A stretch of 45,181 nucleotides of DNA, taken from positions 1-45,181 of the forward strand of contig CAISWS010000059.1 in the NCBI GenBank assembly GCA_903889265.1, read 5' to 3'. The position numbers and the translations under genes are program-made. Under the pieces are notes generated by a model, which had not been told where the DNA came from, did not search any database, and saw nothing but the letters and a program-made list of their open reading frames with translations. This DNA is from an uncultured Bacteroidota bacterium. GTDB taxonomy: Bacteria; Bacteroidota; Bacteroidia; Chitinophagales; LD1. Positions 29,476 through 38,932 of the stretch are shown here, in pieces (the stretch's first letter is position 1; each line of letters starts with the position of its first letter).

Positions 29476-31986
29476 ATGGCAGAAGTACCTTTTAGCGACC
29501 AACATATATCCATCAAGGGCAGTTCGGGTGCGGAAATAAAAGTCCGCTTTCGGGATGTTGTTGAATTGATTAACGAGGGTATTTATTGCGTTAACAGTGA
29601 AGGAACTTTGGTTTTTGCCAATGAGAGGTTCTGTAAAGCCATGGGATACCAGGTTTCGGAAATAATTGGGCGAAGTTTTTTGGATTTGGTACTTGGCGAG
29701 GAGAATGTAAGAATATCGAAGGCTAAGCTTGAACTAAGGAAAAGAGGAATATCGGACAGCTATGATATCCTGATGAAGAAAAAAAACGGCGAAGGAGTTT
29801 GGCTGCGCTTGAATGGCAAACCGGTAATAGACCCCAGCGGGGAGTTTATGGGAGTTATTGTGCTTACTACCGAAATTGCCCGACAAAGACGGCTGGAAGA
29901 GGAATTGATATATGCCAAGGAAGACCTGGAATCGAAAGTAATTGCGCGTACCCGTCAGCTTTCGGAGGCGAATCAAATGCTGAACGAGGAAATCAAGGAG
30001 AGGAAAATGGCCGATGTTTCCTTAAAGAACAGCGAGAAAAGGTTTAGGGATATATTCAACAATTCGCCGGATGCCATTTATATCGAAAACGCGGAGGGTC
30101 TGATATTAGATGTAAATGAGGCAACAATAAAATTGCACGAAGCTACCAGCCGCGAACAATTAATAGGCAAAACTATTTTTGATTTTTCGCCCAAGAATAT
30201 ACATGGTCAGATAAGAAAAATGCAGCCCAGCCTGGTTGAGGGAATAACAAGCAAATTTGAAAGCCAGTGTTTAACGCTTACCGGTAAAATAGTGCCCATA
30301 GAGGTTAGCACTGCGCATATTGATTTTAAAGGGCAGCGCTCCATGCTGATTCACGTGCGCGATATTTCTGACAGGGTGAAGCATGAGGAGTTATTACAAA
30401 AACTGAATAACGAGCTGGAGGGAAAAGTAAAAGAACGGACTAAGGAATTGGAGCAGGTAAATTTGCGCATGCAGGCTGAAATTGCCGAGAAGGAAAAGAT
30501 ACAGGATGAACTGCAAAGGCAAAAGGATTTTTTAAGACTGATTATTGACTCTACGCCTAACATGATATTTGTAAAGGACCAGGAGGGAAAATATTTACTG
30601 GCCAACGAATCGGTAGCTGATTTTTACAATATGAAGCCTTCTGAGATGGAAGGGCATTACGATACTGAAGACCAGTTTACCCGCAAGGAGCTGGACGAAT
30701 TTAAAGAACAGGACCAGCAGGCACTCAACGCTAAAAAAGAGATTCAGTTTCCCGAACAGATGATTATAAACCGCGAAACCGGTGAACAACTTTGGATACA
30801 AATGGTAAAAAAAGCAATTACGTCTATTACCGGTAATGCTACTAATATCCTGGGCGTGGCTACGGATATAACTGCGGTTAAACTTGCCAAAGAGGAAATC
30901 AGAAAATCGGAACAGCTGTACCGTGAAATTGCCCGGAACCTGCCCAAGGCGGCTATGTTTATATTTGATAAAAATTTAAAATATATTTTAGCTGAAGGGC
31001 CGCTGGTTGGCATTGTAAGTAAACCCAAAATCGAGATTGAGGGGAAGACGGTTTACGACTCGATAAGAGAAAGTGACCGGGAACGGGTTAAGCTGATTTA
31101 CACTAAAATACTGGATGGTGAAAGCAGCGAAACCGAGCAGGTTTTCTTTGAACGCTCGCTAAAGGTTTATCATCTGCCAATTCGTGATGATTTGGGGGAG
31201 ATTATTTATGGCATGGTGATGGTTTTTGACATTTCGGATTTAAAAGGAGTACAGCGGGAACTTGAACACCGCGCCACGCAGCTTGAAAGATCAAACGAAG
31301 AGCTGGAGCGCTTTGCTTACGTAGCATCGCATGATTTGCAGGGGCCGTTGCGTACTATAGCCAGCTACCTGCAATTGCTTGAAATGCGTTACAAAACCAA
31401 ACTGGATAAAGAAGCGCTGGAGTTTATTGAGTTTTCGGTTAACGGCGCCAAGCGCATGCAACAGCTTATTTTAGACCTGCTGAACTACTCAAAAATTTCA
31501 TCTATTCCCAAGCCATTTGTAAGAACGAATTTGAATGAATTGGTGCACATGGTTTTGAACGGCCTTAGCAGTACCATTAAAACTAATAAGGCCGAAGTTA
31601 CTGTTGACAAATTACCCGAACTGATGGCTGATCCTAACCAGCTTTTTCAACTCTTTCAAAATTTAATTGACAACTCTTTAAAGTTTGTAAAGAATGCTCA
31701 ACCGGTGGTTAAAATCAGCGCAGTTGAACATGAGGATGAATGGGAGATAAGCATTAGCGATAACGGAATAGGCATTAAGGAAGAATACAAGGAGAAAATA
31801 TTTCAGATTTTTCAACGTCTTCATTCAACCGCCGAATATCCGGGCACTGGTGTAGGTTTGGCTATTTGTAAAAAAGTAGTTCAATTACACGGCGGTCGAA
31901 TCTGGTTCTCGTCCACACCTGAAAAAGGGACTACTTTCTATTTTACTATCAGCAAACATGCTGGTGAGCAGCAGAGGGTTTTGTAA
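29476..31986 (+). CDS. Cytoplasmic multi-PAS sensor histidine kinase
   Basis: Four PAS-like repeats, HisKA ASHDLQGPLR, N box QNLIDN, DNGIG, GTGVGL. Confidence 0.92.
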   Translation: MAEVPFSDQHISIKGSSGAEIKVRFRDVVELINEGIYCVNSEGTLVFANERFCKAMGYQVSEIIGRSFLDLVLGEENVRISKAKLELRKRGISDSYDILMKKKNGEGVWLRLNGKPVIDPSGEFMGVIVLTTEIARQRRLEEELIYAKEDLESKVIARTRQLSEANQMLNEEIKERKMADVSLKNSEKRFRDIFNNSPDAIYIENAEGLILDVNEATIKLHEATSREQLIGKTIFDFSPKNIHGQIRKMQPSLVEGITSKFESQCLTLTGKIVPIEVSTAHIDFKGQRSMLIHVRDISDRVKHEELLQKLNNELEGKVKERTKELEQVNLRMQAEIAEKEKIQDELQRQKDFLRLIIDSTPNMIFVKDQEGKYLLANESVADFYNMKPSEMEGHYDTEDQFTRKELDEFKEQDQQALNAKKEIQFPEQMIINRETGEQLWIQMVKKAITSITGNATNILGVATDITAVKLAKEEIRKSEQLYREIARNLPKAAMFIFDKNLKYILAEGPLVGIVSKPKIEIEGKTVYDSIRESDRERVKLIYTKILDGESSETEQVFFERSLKVYHLPIRDDLGEIIYGMVMVFDISDLKGVQRELEHRATQLERSNEELERFAYVASHDLQGPLRTIASYLQLLEMRYKTKLDKEALEFIEFSVNGAKRMQQLILDLLNYSKISSIPKPFVRTNLNELVHMVLNGLSSTIKTNKAEVTVDKLPELMADPNQLFQLFQNLIDNSLKFVKNAQPVVKISAVEHEDEWEISISDNGIGIKEEYKEKIFQIFQRLHSTAEYPGTGVGLAICKKVVQLHGGRIWFSSTPEKGTTFYFTISKHAGEQQRVL

Positions 31987-32002
31987 TTGACATATAAAAA
32001 CG

Positions 32003-32045
32003 CGATTGTGGCTATGCGAATTTGACTTTCGCATAGCCACAATCG
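32003..32045. terminator. Perfect 18-bp hairpin between convergent genes
   Basis: CGATTGTGGCTATGCGAA-TTTGACT-TTCGCATAGCCACAATCG. Confidence 0.6.
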
Positions 32046-32051
32046 TATACC

Positions 32052-34247
32052 CTAATCGGCTATTCCCAAATCTATACGCCGTAAAATAATATCCGCCGAA
32101 AGTATTTTTACGCGCACTTTATCTCCCAGGTTAAATTGCTTTTTTGAACGTGAGCCAACCAGGCGAACCATCTTTTCTTCGTAAACAAAATCTTCAGGCC
32201 CCAGGTATTCAACACTTACCATGCCTTCGCATTTGTTGTCTACCATCTCAACAAAAATGCCGCGTGGAATAACTCCGGTTATTACGCCGTCAAACTCGCC
32301 GCCAATTTTATCCTGTAAAAATTCAATCTGCTTGTATTTCACAGCTTCGCGCTCGGCATCCATGGCTTTGCGCTCCATAATGGAACTGTTTTTGCAACGG
32401 GCTTCCAGCTCTTCTTTATCTATGCGCTTATCAGTGTCGCCTAAAATTTCGCTTAACAGGCGATGTACTAAAACATCCGGATATCTTCTGATGGGCGAAG
32501 TAAAGTGCGTATAGTATTCCATTGCCAAACCATAGTGGCCGATATTATCCGTGGTATATTCTGCCTTAGCCATGCTGCGGATGGCCATTGTTTCCAAAAC
32601 ATTTTGCTCGGGCCTTCCCTCAACCTTTTTTAACAGGGTATTAAAGACCTCGGCCGCCTGACGTGGATTTTCAAATTTAATATTGTAACCAAAGCGTGCT
32701 GCCACATTACTGAACAGGTCTAACTTAACTGGATCTGGTTTATCATGCACCCGATATACAAAGGGCAGGTTTTTTTTACCTAGCCTTAATTTAGCTCCGT
32801 ATTTTGCCACGGTTTCGTTGGCCAGCAGCATAAAGTCTTCCACCAGTAAGTGAGCGTCTTTACGTATTTTAAGGACCACACCCAGTGGTTTGCCGGTTTC
32901 ATCCAGCTTAAATTTTACTTCAGCTTTTTCAAAAGCGATGGCGCCTTTTTTCATCCTCTTGGCGCGTATATCTTTCGATATTTTATTCAGCAATTGCAAT
33001 TCTTCAACATAATCGCCTTGCCCGGTTTCTAAAACCTTCTGGGCATCTTCATAAGTAAAACGACGGTTGCTATGTATAATCGTTTTTGCAATGGTGTAAT
33101 GCTTAATGTTGAACTTCTCATCCAGTTCAAACAGCGTAGAAAAAGTAAGCTTATCTTCATTGGGCCTTAGCGAACACAACAGATTTGAAAGCTTCTCTGG
33201 CAGCATGGGACAAACCCTGTCGGGCAAATAAACTGAGGTAGCCCGCTTTTCGGCCTCCATATCCAGTTGCGAACCTTCGCGCACGTAATGGGATACATCG
33301 GCAATGTGCACCCCAATTTCCAGGTTGCCGTTTTCAAGTTTTCGTATAGAGATGGCGTCGTCAAAATCTTTGGCATCCTCAGGGTCAATTGTAAAGGTCA
33401 GTACATCACGCATGTCAACCCGGTTGGCAATTTCTTCCTGAGGTATATTATCTGTGTACTGATCTAACTCTGCATAAACATCCTGCGGAAAATCAATACT
33501 GAAGCCGTTGCCTATCAGTATCATCTTCATATCCATATCTGACGAATGCTCAGCGGTCATTACTTCTACCACCTCGCCAATAGGGTTTTTGCCGCCGGTT
33601 TTCCAATCTATAATCCGGGCAATTACCCGGTCGTTGTGCTTCGCCCCGTTTAATGCCGTTAGCGGCACAAATACATCGGTATTCAGCTTGCGCTCATCGG
33701 CAATAAAAAATGCAAACTTGTCAAGCACATCAATCCTTCCAGGAAAACTATCCTGTGCACGTTTAATGATGCTTATAATCTCTCCCTCGGGCCTGCGGGT
33801 ATGTGAGGTTATGCGAATCTTAACCTCATCTCCCTGCATGGCATTATGCACGTGGCTTTTGGGTATGTAAACATCTTTGGTAAGCCCTTTTACCGTTACA
33901 AAGGCGGCGCCATTTTGGGTAATGTCGGCCCTTCCGTATTGGAATTTTACATTTCTGATATCAGCGCTTGGCCTTTCATGTTTTTTAGGGTCGTTGTTCT
34001 CCAGCAGTTTTACAATGCCTTTTTGCTCAATGCGTATTTTGCCGCGTTTTTCCAGTTCGGTTAATCCCAGGATAATATCTTCCTGGCTTAATTTATCTTC
34101 AAGCATAGGGAATATACTTCTTAAAGTGGCATCTTTTCCTAATGCTCTTATAGCAGTTAATACATGTTGTTTGCTTTCGTTTGTTTCCGAATGTTTTTCG
34201 GCTTTATTGGGTTTTTCTTTTTTGTCTCTTTTCTTCTTATTACTCAT
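32052..34247 (-). CDS. rnr: Ribonuclease R
   Basis: TIDPEDAKDFDDA catalytic motif, HIADVS, HFTSPIRRYPD, C-terminal S1 domain. Confidence 0.96.
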   Translation of the reverse strand: MSNKKKRDKKEKPNKAEKHSETNESKQHVLTAIRALGKDATLRSIFPMLEDKLSQEDIILGLTELEKRGKIRIEQKGIVKLLENNDPKKHERPSADIRNVKFQYGRADITQNGAAFVTVKGLTKDVYIPKSHVHNAMQGDEVKIRITSHTRRPEGEIISIIKRAQDSFPGRIDVLDKFAFFIADERKLNTDVFVPLTALNGAKHNDRVIARIIDWKTGGKNPIGEVVEVMTAEHSSDMDMKMILIGNGFSIDFPQDVYAELDQYTDNIPQEEIANRVDMRDVLTFTIDPEDAKDFDDAISIRKLENGNLEIGVHIADVSHYVREGSQLDMEAEKRATSVYLPDRVCPMLPEKLSNLLCSLRPNEDKLTFSTLFELDEKFNIKHYTIAKTIIHSNRRFTYEDAQKVLETGQGDYVEELQLLNKISKDIRAKRMKKGAIAFEKAEVKFKLDETGKPLGVVLKIRKDAHLLVEDFMLLANETVAKYGAKLRLGKKNLPFVYRVHDKPDPVKLDLFSNVAARFGYNIKFENPRQAAEVFNTLLKKVEGRPEQNVLETMAIRSMAKAEYTTDNIGHYGLAMEYYTHFTSPIRRYPDVLVHRLLSEILGDTDKRIDKEELEARCKNSSIMERKAMDAEREAVKYKQIEFLQDKIGGEFDGVITGVIPRGIFVEMVDNKCEGMVSVEYLGPEDFVYEEKMVRLVGSRSKKQFNLGDKVRVKILSADIILRRIDLGIAD

Positions 34248-34326
34248 AAATTCATTTTAATAATACAGCTTTTAATACCCGTGTACAACACTTTTTTCTT
34301 TGAAACTGTGTCGATACAAAATGCTA

Positions 34327-34424
34327 TTTACCACTAAGAGCACAAAGGAAAATGCCAAAACAAAGGCCACAAAGAATCCATTTTTGGTGTCATTTGTATT
34401 AATCTTTGTGTGCTTAGTGTTAAA
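34327..34424. repeat. MITE-like element with imperfect terminal inverted repeats and internal CACAAAG repeats
   Basis: TTTACCACTAAGAGCACAAAG versus CTTTGTGTGCTTAGTGTTAAA (18 of 21 positions complementary); internal ACAAAG copies. Confidence 0.6.
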
Positions 34425-34487
34425 CTGAATTTGTATTTTATTTTAAATAATGCCTGAATACAAGGGCATTGCTGTTTTCTTTTTAAT

Positions 34488-34514
34488 AAAAAAGGCCACC
34501 TTTTGGCGGCCCTT
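34488..34514 (-). terminator. Terminator after beta-helix gene
   Basis: Minus strand GGCCGCC-AAAA-GGUGGCC followed by a U tract. Confidence 0.65.
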
Positions 34515-34520
34515 ACTTTT

Positions 34521-35741
34521 TTATTGATTTAATTTTACCTCTTGCAACGGTGCCAGGGTGCAATCATATTTGGTGGCATCGCTGCTGCGGTTTTTTCCTT
34601 TATTGGCCATATCCAGGTTGCTGAAGGTTATATTGCCGTTATTGTGTATGCATATCCTTTGGTCTTCTTTTATGGTTTTGTCGTTGTTTAAATAGGCAGG
34701 GTTTATTTCGCCGTCAAAAACCACATCGGGTATTTTATCGCCAAAAATGGCAATAAACAACTGGCCGAAGGTTACGGTATTATCGGGGCTACCGGTGCCG
34801 TGTGTAATTTTATTATCGTGTACGGTAATACCACCACAGTAAGGATCGTAAATGCTGTCTTTAAAAGGTTTTTGTAACGACAGGTAACTTACTATGGCAA
34901 TTTGAATAGTGTTTTGGCCTGAAATTTCGTTGTTAGCGATATCGCAAAAGTTAGTAGCCATGGCTATGATACCTGTGCCTGCCGGTATTTCGGCTACAGT
35001 AGTTCCTTTTACGCCAAAGTTGCGGCCGTTGTTGTTTACAATTCTGTTGTTGGCAACCTTGCAACGCATACCGTTCTTTTTAGGCAGCTCGGGAAGGTCG
35101 AATACCAAAATGCCGCCGGTATTGTTTTCTGAAAGATTATCTGTTACCTCAGCATCGGTTGAGTTTTCAATTTCTATACCGGCAACATTATCATGCACAT
35201 GGTTTCTTCTTACAATAATGTTTTTACTCTGGCCTACGTAAACCCCTGCATCTGATGAACCGAATACGTCGCAATCTTCAATCAGTACATTGGTACAACC
35301 TACGGGGTAAGTGCCGTAAGAGCCATTCTTAGGATCGTGCAGAGAGTTCCAGCCTACTTTTAACCTGCGGAAAGTAACGTTGGTGGCATCCTGCACTTTA
35401 ATGCAATCGCCTTTAGGGTCCAGTATGGCAAAGTCTTCCATTACTATGCCGTCGGCGGTAATACGCAATCCCTCTGCGCCGTCTTTCTGGCCTTTAAACG
35501 ACAGGATGGTTTTATCCTTGCCTTTGCCGCGGATAGTAATGTTTTTTACCCCATCCAGCACCAGCGAGCGGTTGAGGGTATAAGTGCCCTCAGGTAGTTC
35601 TATAACATCCCCTTCCTTGGCATTAATAAATTGCTCCTGTAATTGTTTTTCGAAAGTAGCATCAACACTTGCAGTCTGTTTGGTTTTACAGGCCGACAAA
35701 ATTAAAGCCGTGATTAATACAAGAGGAAGGAGCTGTTTCAT
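34521..35741 (-). CDS. Parallel beta-helix repeat lipoprotein (TIGR03805-like)
   Basis: Lipobox LSAC, GAEGL, YGTYPV, SDAGVYVGQS, NVAGIEIENS, NNTGGILVFDLP. ATG at 35741; TATATTTG boxes at 35775-35782 and 35929-35936. Confidence 0.85.
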   Translation of the reverse strand: MKQLLPLVLITALILSACKTKQTASVDATFEKQLQEQFINAKEGDVIELPEGTYTLNRSLVLDGVKNITIRGKGKDKTILSFKGQKDGAEGLRITADGIVMEDFAILDPKGDCIKVQDATNVTFRRLKVGWNSLHDPKNGSYGTYPVGCTNVLIEDCDVFGSSDAGVYVGQSKNIIVRRNHVHDNVAGIEIENSTDAEVTDNLSENNTGGILVFDLPELPKKNGMRCKVANNRIVNNNGRNFGVKGTTVAEIPAGTGIIAMATNFCDIANNEISGQNTIQIAIVSYLSLQKPFKDSIYDPYCGGITVHDNKITHGTGSPDNTVTFGQLFIAIFGDKIPDVVFDGEINPAYLNNDKTIKEDQRICIHNNGNITFSNLDMANKGKNRSSDATKYDCTLAPLQEVKLNQ

Positions 35742-36039
35742 TGGGGATAGGTTTATGGTTTTGCTAATTGCTGACAAATATAAATTTGAATATTGAATGA
35801 AGAAACGGAAAATAATGAATGAAATTGCAATTAGGGAGAGTTGATTTTTATGGTTTTGGCGTTGATTATGTGCCGGAAAGAGAGGGTTGGGGCGCATCTG
35901 CGATGCGAGTATTTTTTGATTAACGGTGCAAATATAGGGGAATATTTGATATGGATCGACTTTACCTCATTTTCTGTTTTAAATGAGGTGTAGAAGGTAT
36001 GCTAAATCAGTTGCAGGCTATTATTCAGAGATATAATCT

Positions 36040-37122
36040 TCATTCTTCCTCCGCCACCGCTGCATTAGGATTGGTCCAATACTTCCTCCATTTCTCCAGA
36101 ACCGCCTGAAACTCGGGAGGGAGCGGAGATTCGAAAAACATGTTTTTGCCGGTTACCGGGTGCACAAAGCCTAAGGTGGCTGCGTGCAGGGCCTGGCGGG
36201 GCATTATTTTAAAACTATTTTCAATAAACTGTTTGTATTTGGCGTACACGGTGCCCTTTAATATTTTATCGCCGCCGTAACGGGTGTCGTTAAACAGGGT
36301 GTGGCCTATGTGTTTCATGTGCACCCGTATCTGGTGGGTGCGGCCGGTTTCAAGTTTGCACTCAACCAGGGTTACGTAATTGAGGCGTTCGAGCACCTTG
36401 TAGTGGGTAACAGCGTGCTTGCCTTTGTCACCATCAGGGTAAACTTCCATTTGCATGCGCTCGCGGGTATCGCGGCCTATGTTGCCGGTAATGGTGCCCT
36501 CATTTTCTATCGGGTCGCCCCAGACAAGGGCCATGTATTTACGTTGAATGGTACGGTCGAAAAACTGTTTGGCCAGGTGCGAGAGGGCAAAATCTGTTTT
36601 ACCCAAAATAATAAGGCCACTGGTGCCTTTATCAAGCCGGTGCACAAGCCCGGGGCGAAACTCTTCCTTCCCCTTGGGCAACTCGTTAAAGTGCCATAAC
36701 ACGGCGTTAATCAACGTTCCACGTGGATTCCCCAACCCCGGATGCACCACAATTTCCGGCGACTTATTGATTACAATAACATCGTCATCTTCGTACACAA
36801 TATCAATAGGAATGTTCTCCGGCACCAGATCGTAATTCTCAGCATGTTTGGGCATAATGAGGAGAATCTCATCATCGGGCCTTATTTTATAGCTGCTTTT
36901 TACCGGTTTGCCGTTTACCTGTATGCTACCGGCATCGGCAGCATTTTGGATTTTGGTACGGCTAACGTTATTGCCTATATGAACATGCAAAAACTTATCA
37001 ATCCTGATAGGGGTTTGGCCTTTGTCAACTTTAAGGTTAACCAGTTCAACCAGGTCATCACTCTGCTCTCCGGCAGTTCCGGTTACATCATCTTCATCTA
37101 ATATATCATTCTTCACGGGCAT
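36040..37122 (-). CDS. rluD: 23S rRNA pseudouridine synthase RluD (RluA family)
   Basis: S4 domain RIDKFL, catalytic HRLDKGTSGL, LETGRTHQIRVH, RQALHA. Confidence 0.93.
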   Translation of the reverse strand: MPVKNDILDEDDVTGTAGEQSDDLVELVNLKVDKGQTPIRIDKFLHVHIGNNVSRTKIQNAADAGSIQVNGKPVKSSYKIRPDDEILLIMPKHAENYDLVPENIPIDIVYEDDDVIVINKSPEIVVHPGLGNPRGTLINAVLWHFNELPKGKEEFRPGLVHRLDKGTSGLIILGKTDFALSHLAKQFFDRTIQRKYMALVWGDPIENEGTITGNIGRDTRERMQMEVYPDGDKGKHAVTHYKVLERLNYVTLVECKLETGRTHQIRVHMKHIGHTLFNDTRYGGDKILKGTVYAKYKQFIENSFKIMPRQALHAATLGFVHPVTGKNMFFESPLPPEFQAVLEKWRKYWTNPNAAVAEEE

Positions 37123-37210
37123 AATTACTTATTGAGGGGTTCGAAACAAGGCTTTATTTAATCAGTAACCAATTCTATTATTCGCTTTTTAGAAAAATAC
37201 TTAACAGCCA

Positions 37211-37260
37211 ACTCATCCCGTCCTGTCGGACACCCTTCTCTTTGAAAAAAAGAGAAGGGA
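37211..37260. repeat. Double-hairpin extragenic element / terminator-like
   Basis: GTCC-TGTC-GGAC followed by CCCTTCTCTTT-GAAAA-AAAGAGAAGGG. Confidence 0.5.
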
Positions 37261-37301
37261 ACAGCCACCAAAAACTTAGTAATGGCAGTTATCATGGAAG
37301 T

Positions 37302-38294
37302 CTATTCACTTATACTGCTCAGGTGCTCTTTTAAGGCTATCAGCACGTCAATATCAAACGGGTCGTAACCCTGCATAATGCACAGGTGGTACGAAAGCCA
37401 GTCGCCAAAGTGTATAAGGTAAAAATGCTTTTCGTACGTATCGTGCCCTTTGGCGTGTATTTCGTGAAAAGGCTGCGCAATTTTGTGTAACACGTTTTCG
37501 GTAAAGTTAACCCTTAAAGTATTGCGCGGATGTTCATCATTTGTTCTTAAAACCAGCACAGCCAGGTGTTCGTTGTTTTTGCTCCAGCCTACCAGTTCGT
37601 TATGGTTTAGTTCAGGCAGTACATTCAGCCAGCAATGGCCTTTGGCGTTTTCGTTAATCTGCTGTTTAAGGCGCAGGGCCACGCTTTGGTATTTATCTTC
37701 GGCGTAAACAATAATGGGCTTTTTAAGGATTTGGGCGGCCAGGTATTCGGTTTCCTCCTGTATCTTTTTTTGTTCTGTTTCCATAAAAGAAGCGCTGCGG
37801 ATAAGGCTGGCTTTAAATTCGGCATTGATAAGCCCGTAATGCTGTAGAATAAAAAACAGCTGGGTTACTGAGTAGCCCAGGCAGGTTCTGGGCGGAAAGC
37901 CTGAGGGTATTTCAATCGAATCCCAGTTGTGTTTAAGGGCCATTTCGCCTAGTTTACCGCCGCTGGTAACACAAGTTGCCGGTATTTTAAGTTTAACAGC
38001 TGCACGCGCACAAGCAATGGTTTCTTCGGTATTGCCTGAGTAGGAGGAAAGGATAAGCAGGGTAGAAGCGTTAACAAACGCTGGCAGGCTGTAACCTTTA
38101 ACTACTGTTACGGGTAATTTAAGCTCGCTGCGCAAAAGTTCAGAAAACACCTCGCCGCCAATGCCCGAGCCTCCCATACCGCATATAACCACATTGCTTA
38201 TGGGTGTTTCAAATTTGCCCTTCAATACGGCCTTTTCGCCAATTTCAACGGCCTGTAGTACTTGTTGTGGAAAGTCTTTAATAAGGTTGAACAT
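37302..38294 (-). CDS. Bifunctional phosphoglucose/phosphomannose isomerase (SIS domain)
   Basis: GMGGSGIGG, SSYSGNTEET, PPR, QINENAK, PELNHNE motifs. Confidence 0.92.
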   Translation of the reverse strand: MFNLIKDFPQQVLQAVEIGEKAVLKGKFETPISNVVICGMGGSGIGGEVFSELLRSELKLPVTVVKGYSLPAFVNASTLLILSSYSGNTEETIACARAAVKLKIPATCVTSGGKLGEMALKHNWDSIEIPSGFPPRTCLGYSVTQLFFILQHYGLINAEFKASLIRSASFMETEQKKIQEETEYLAAQILKKPIIVYAEDKYQSVALRLKQQINENAKGHCWLNVLPELNHNELVGWSKNNEHLAVLVLRTNDEHPRNTLRVNFTENVLHKIAQPFHEIHAKGHDTYEKHFYLIHFGDWLSYHLCIMQGYDPFDIDVLIALKEHLSSISE

Positions 38295-38362
38295 AAGGTT
38301 GTGTTAGGGTTTATAGACAAATAAAGCGAAATCTTCTGAGTTAAACCGGGAGGGTATTTATG

Positions 38363-38453
38363 CAGGTGCCGAAAAAAAGGGCAATGGCTTTCACCACTGC
38401 CCGCGCTTTCTGTAAACCCTCTTGCGGTGGCTTACAGAACGGTTTGGCACCTG
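38363..38453 (-). ncRNA. Candidate structured small RNA / leader with terminator
   Basis: TATATTTG promoter box at 38457-38464 (minus), then a GCAA-capped hairpin and a GAAA-capped hairpin plus U7. G-U pairs occur only in the minus-strand reading. Confidence 0.6.
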
Positions 38454-38630
38454 GTGCAAATATAAGGCAGATTGGCGAGTTATTTATTTTAAGGGCAATT
38501 TGAGTGGTTGAACGGGCTCATTTACAGGCTTAATTCAGAGGAAATTACGCGGGTATGGCGATATTTTTTTAGCAAAACCCCCAATTATCCGCAATTATGT
38601 TTATCTTTGGCGAAATTTAATAAATATTTT

Positions 38631-38822
38631 ATGCAAAAAGGAAAAGTAAAGTTTTTTAATGAAGCAAAGGGTTTCGGATTTATCAAAGACAATGACTCTG
38701 ATAAAGAATACTTTGTACACGTATCAGGTCTTGTTAACCAAATTAAAGAAGGTGAAGAAGTAACCTTTGAACTTCAGGAAGGTAAAAAAGGATTGAATGC
38801 AGTAAACGTAAAACTAGCATAG
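38631..38822 (+). CDS. cspA: Cold-shock protein
   Basis: GKVKFFNEAKGFGFI (RNP1) and FVHVS (RNP2). TATCTTTG promoter box at 38602-38609. Confidence 0.93.
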   Translation: MQKGKVKFFNEAKGFGFIKDNDSDKEYFVHVSGLVNQIKEGEEVTFELQEGKKGLNAVNVKLA

Positions 38823-38849
38823 TTATAATTCTATACCGTTCGAAATCTT

Positions 38850-38881
38850 GAGCTTCACATTTTTGTGAGGCTCTTTTTTTT
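38850..38881 (+). terminator. Intrinsic terminator after csp
   Basis: GAGCTTCACA-loop-TGTGAGGCTC followed by T8. Confidence 0.85.
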
Positions 38882-38932
38882 GCCCTAAATCGTGTTTTAC
38901 AATTAGCTTTATCAGCACATAAATGAATCAAA

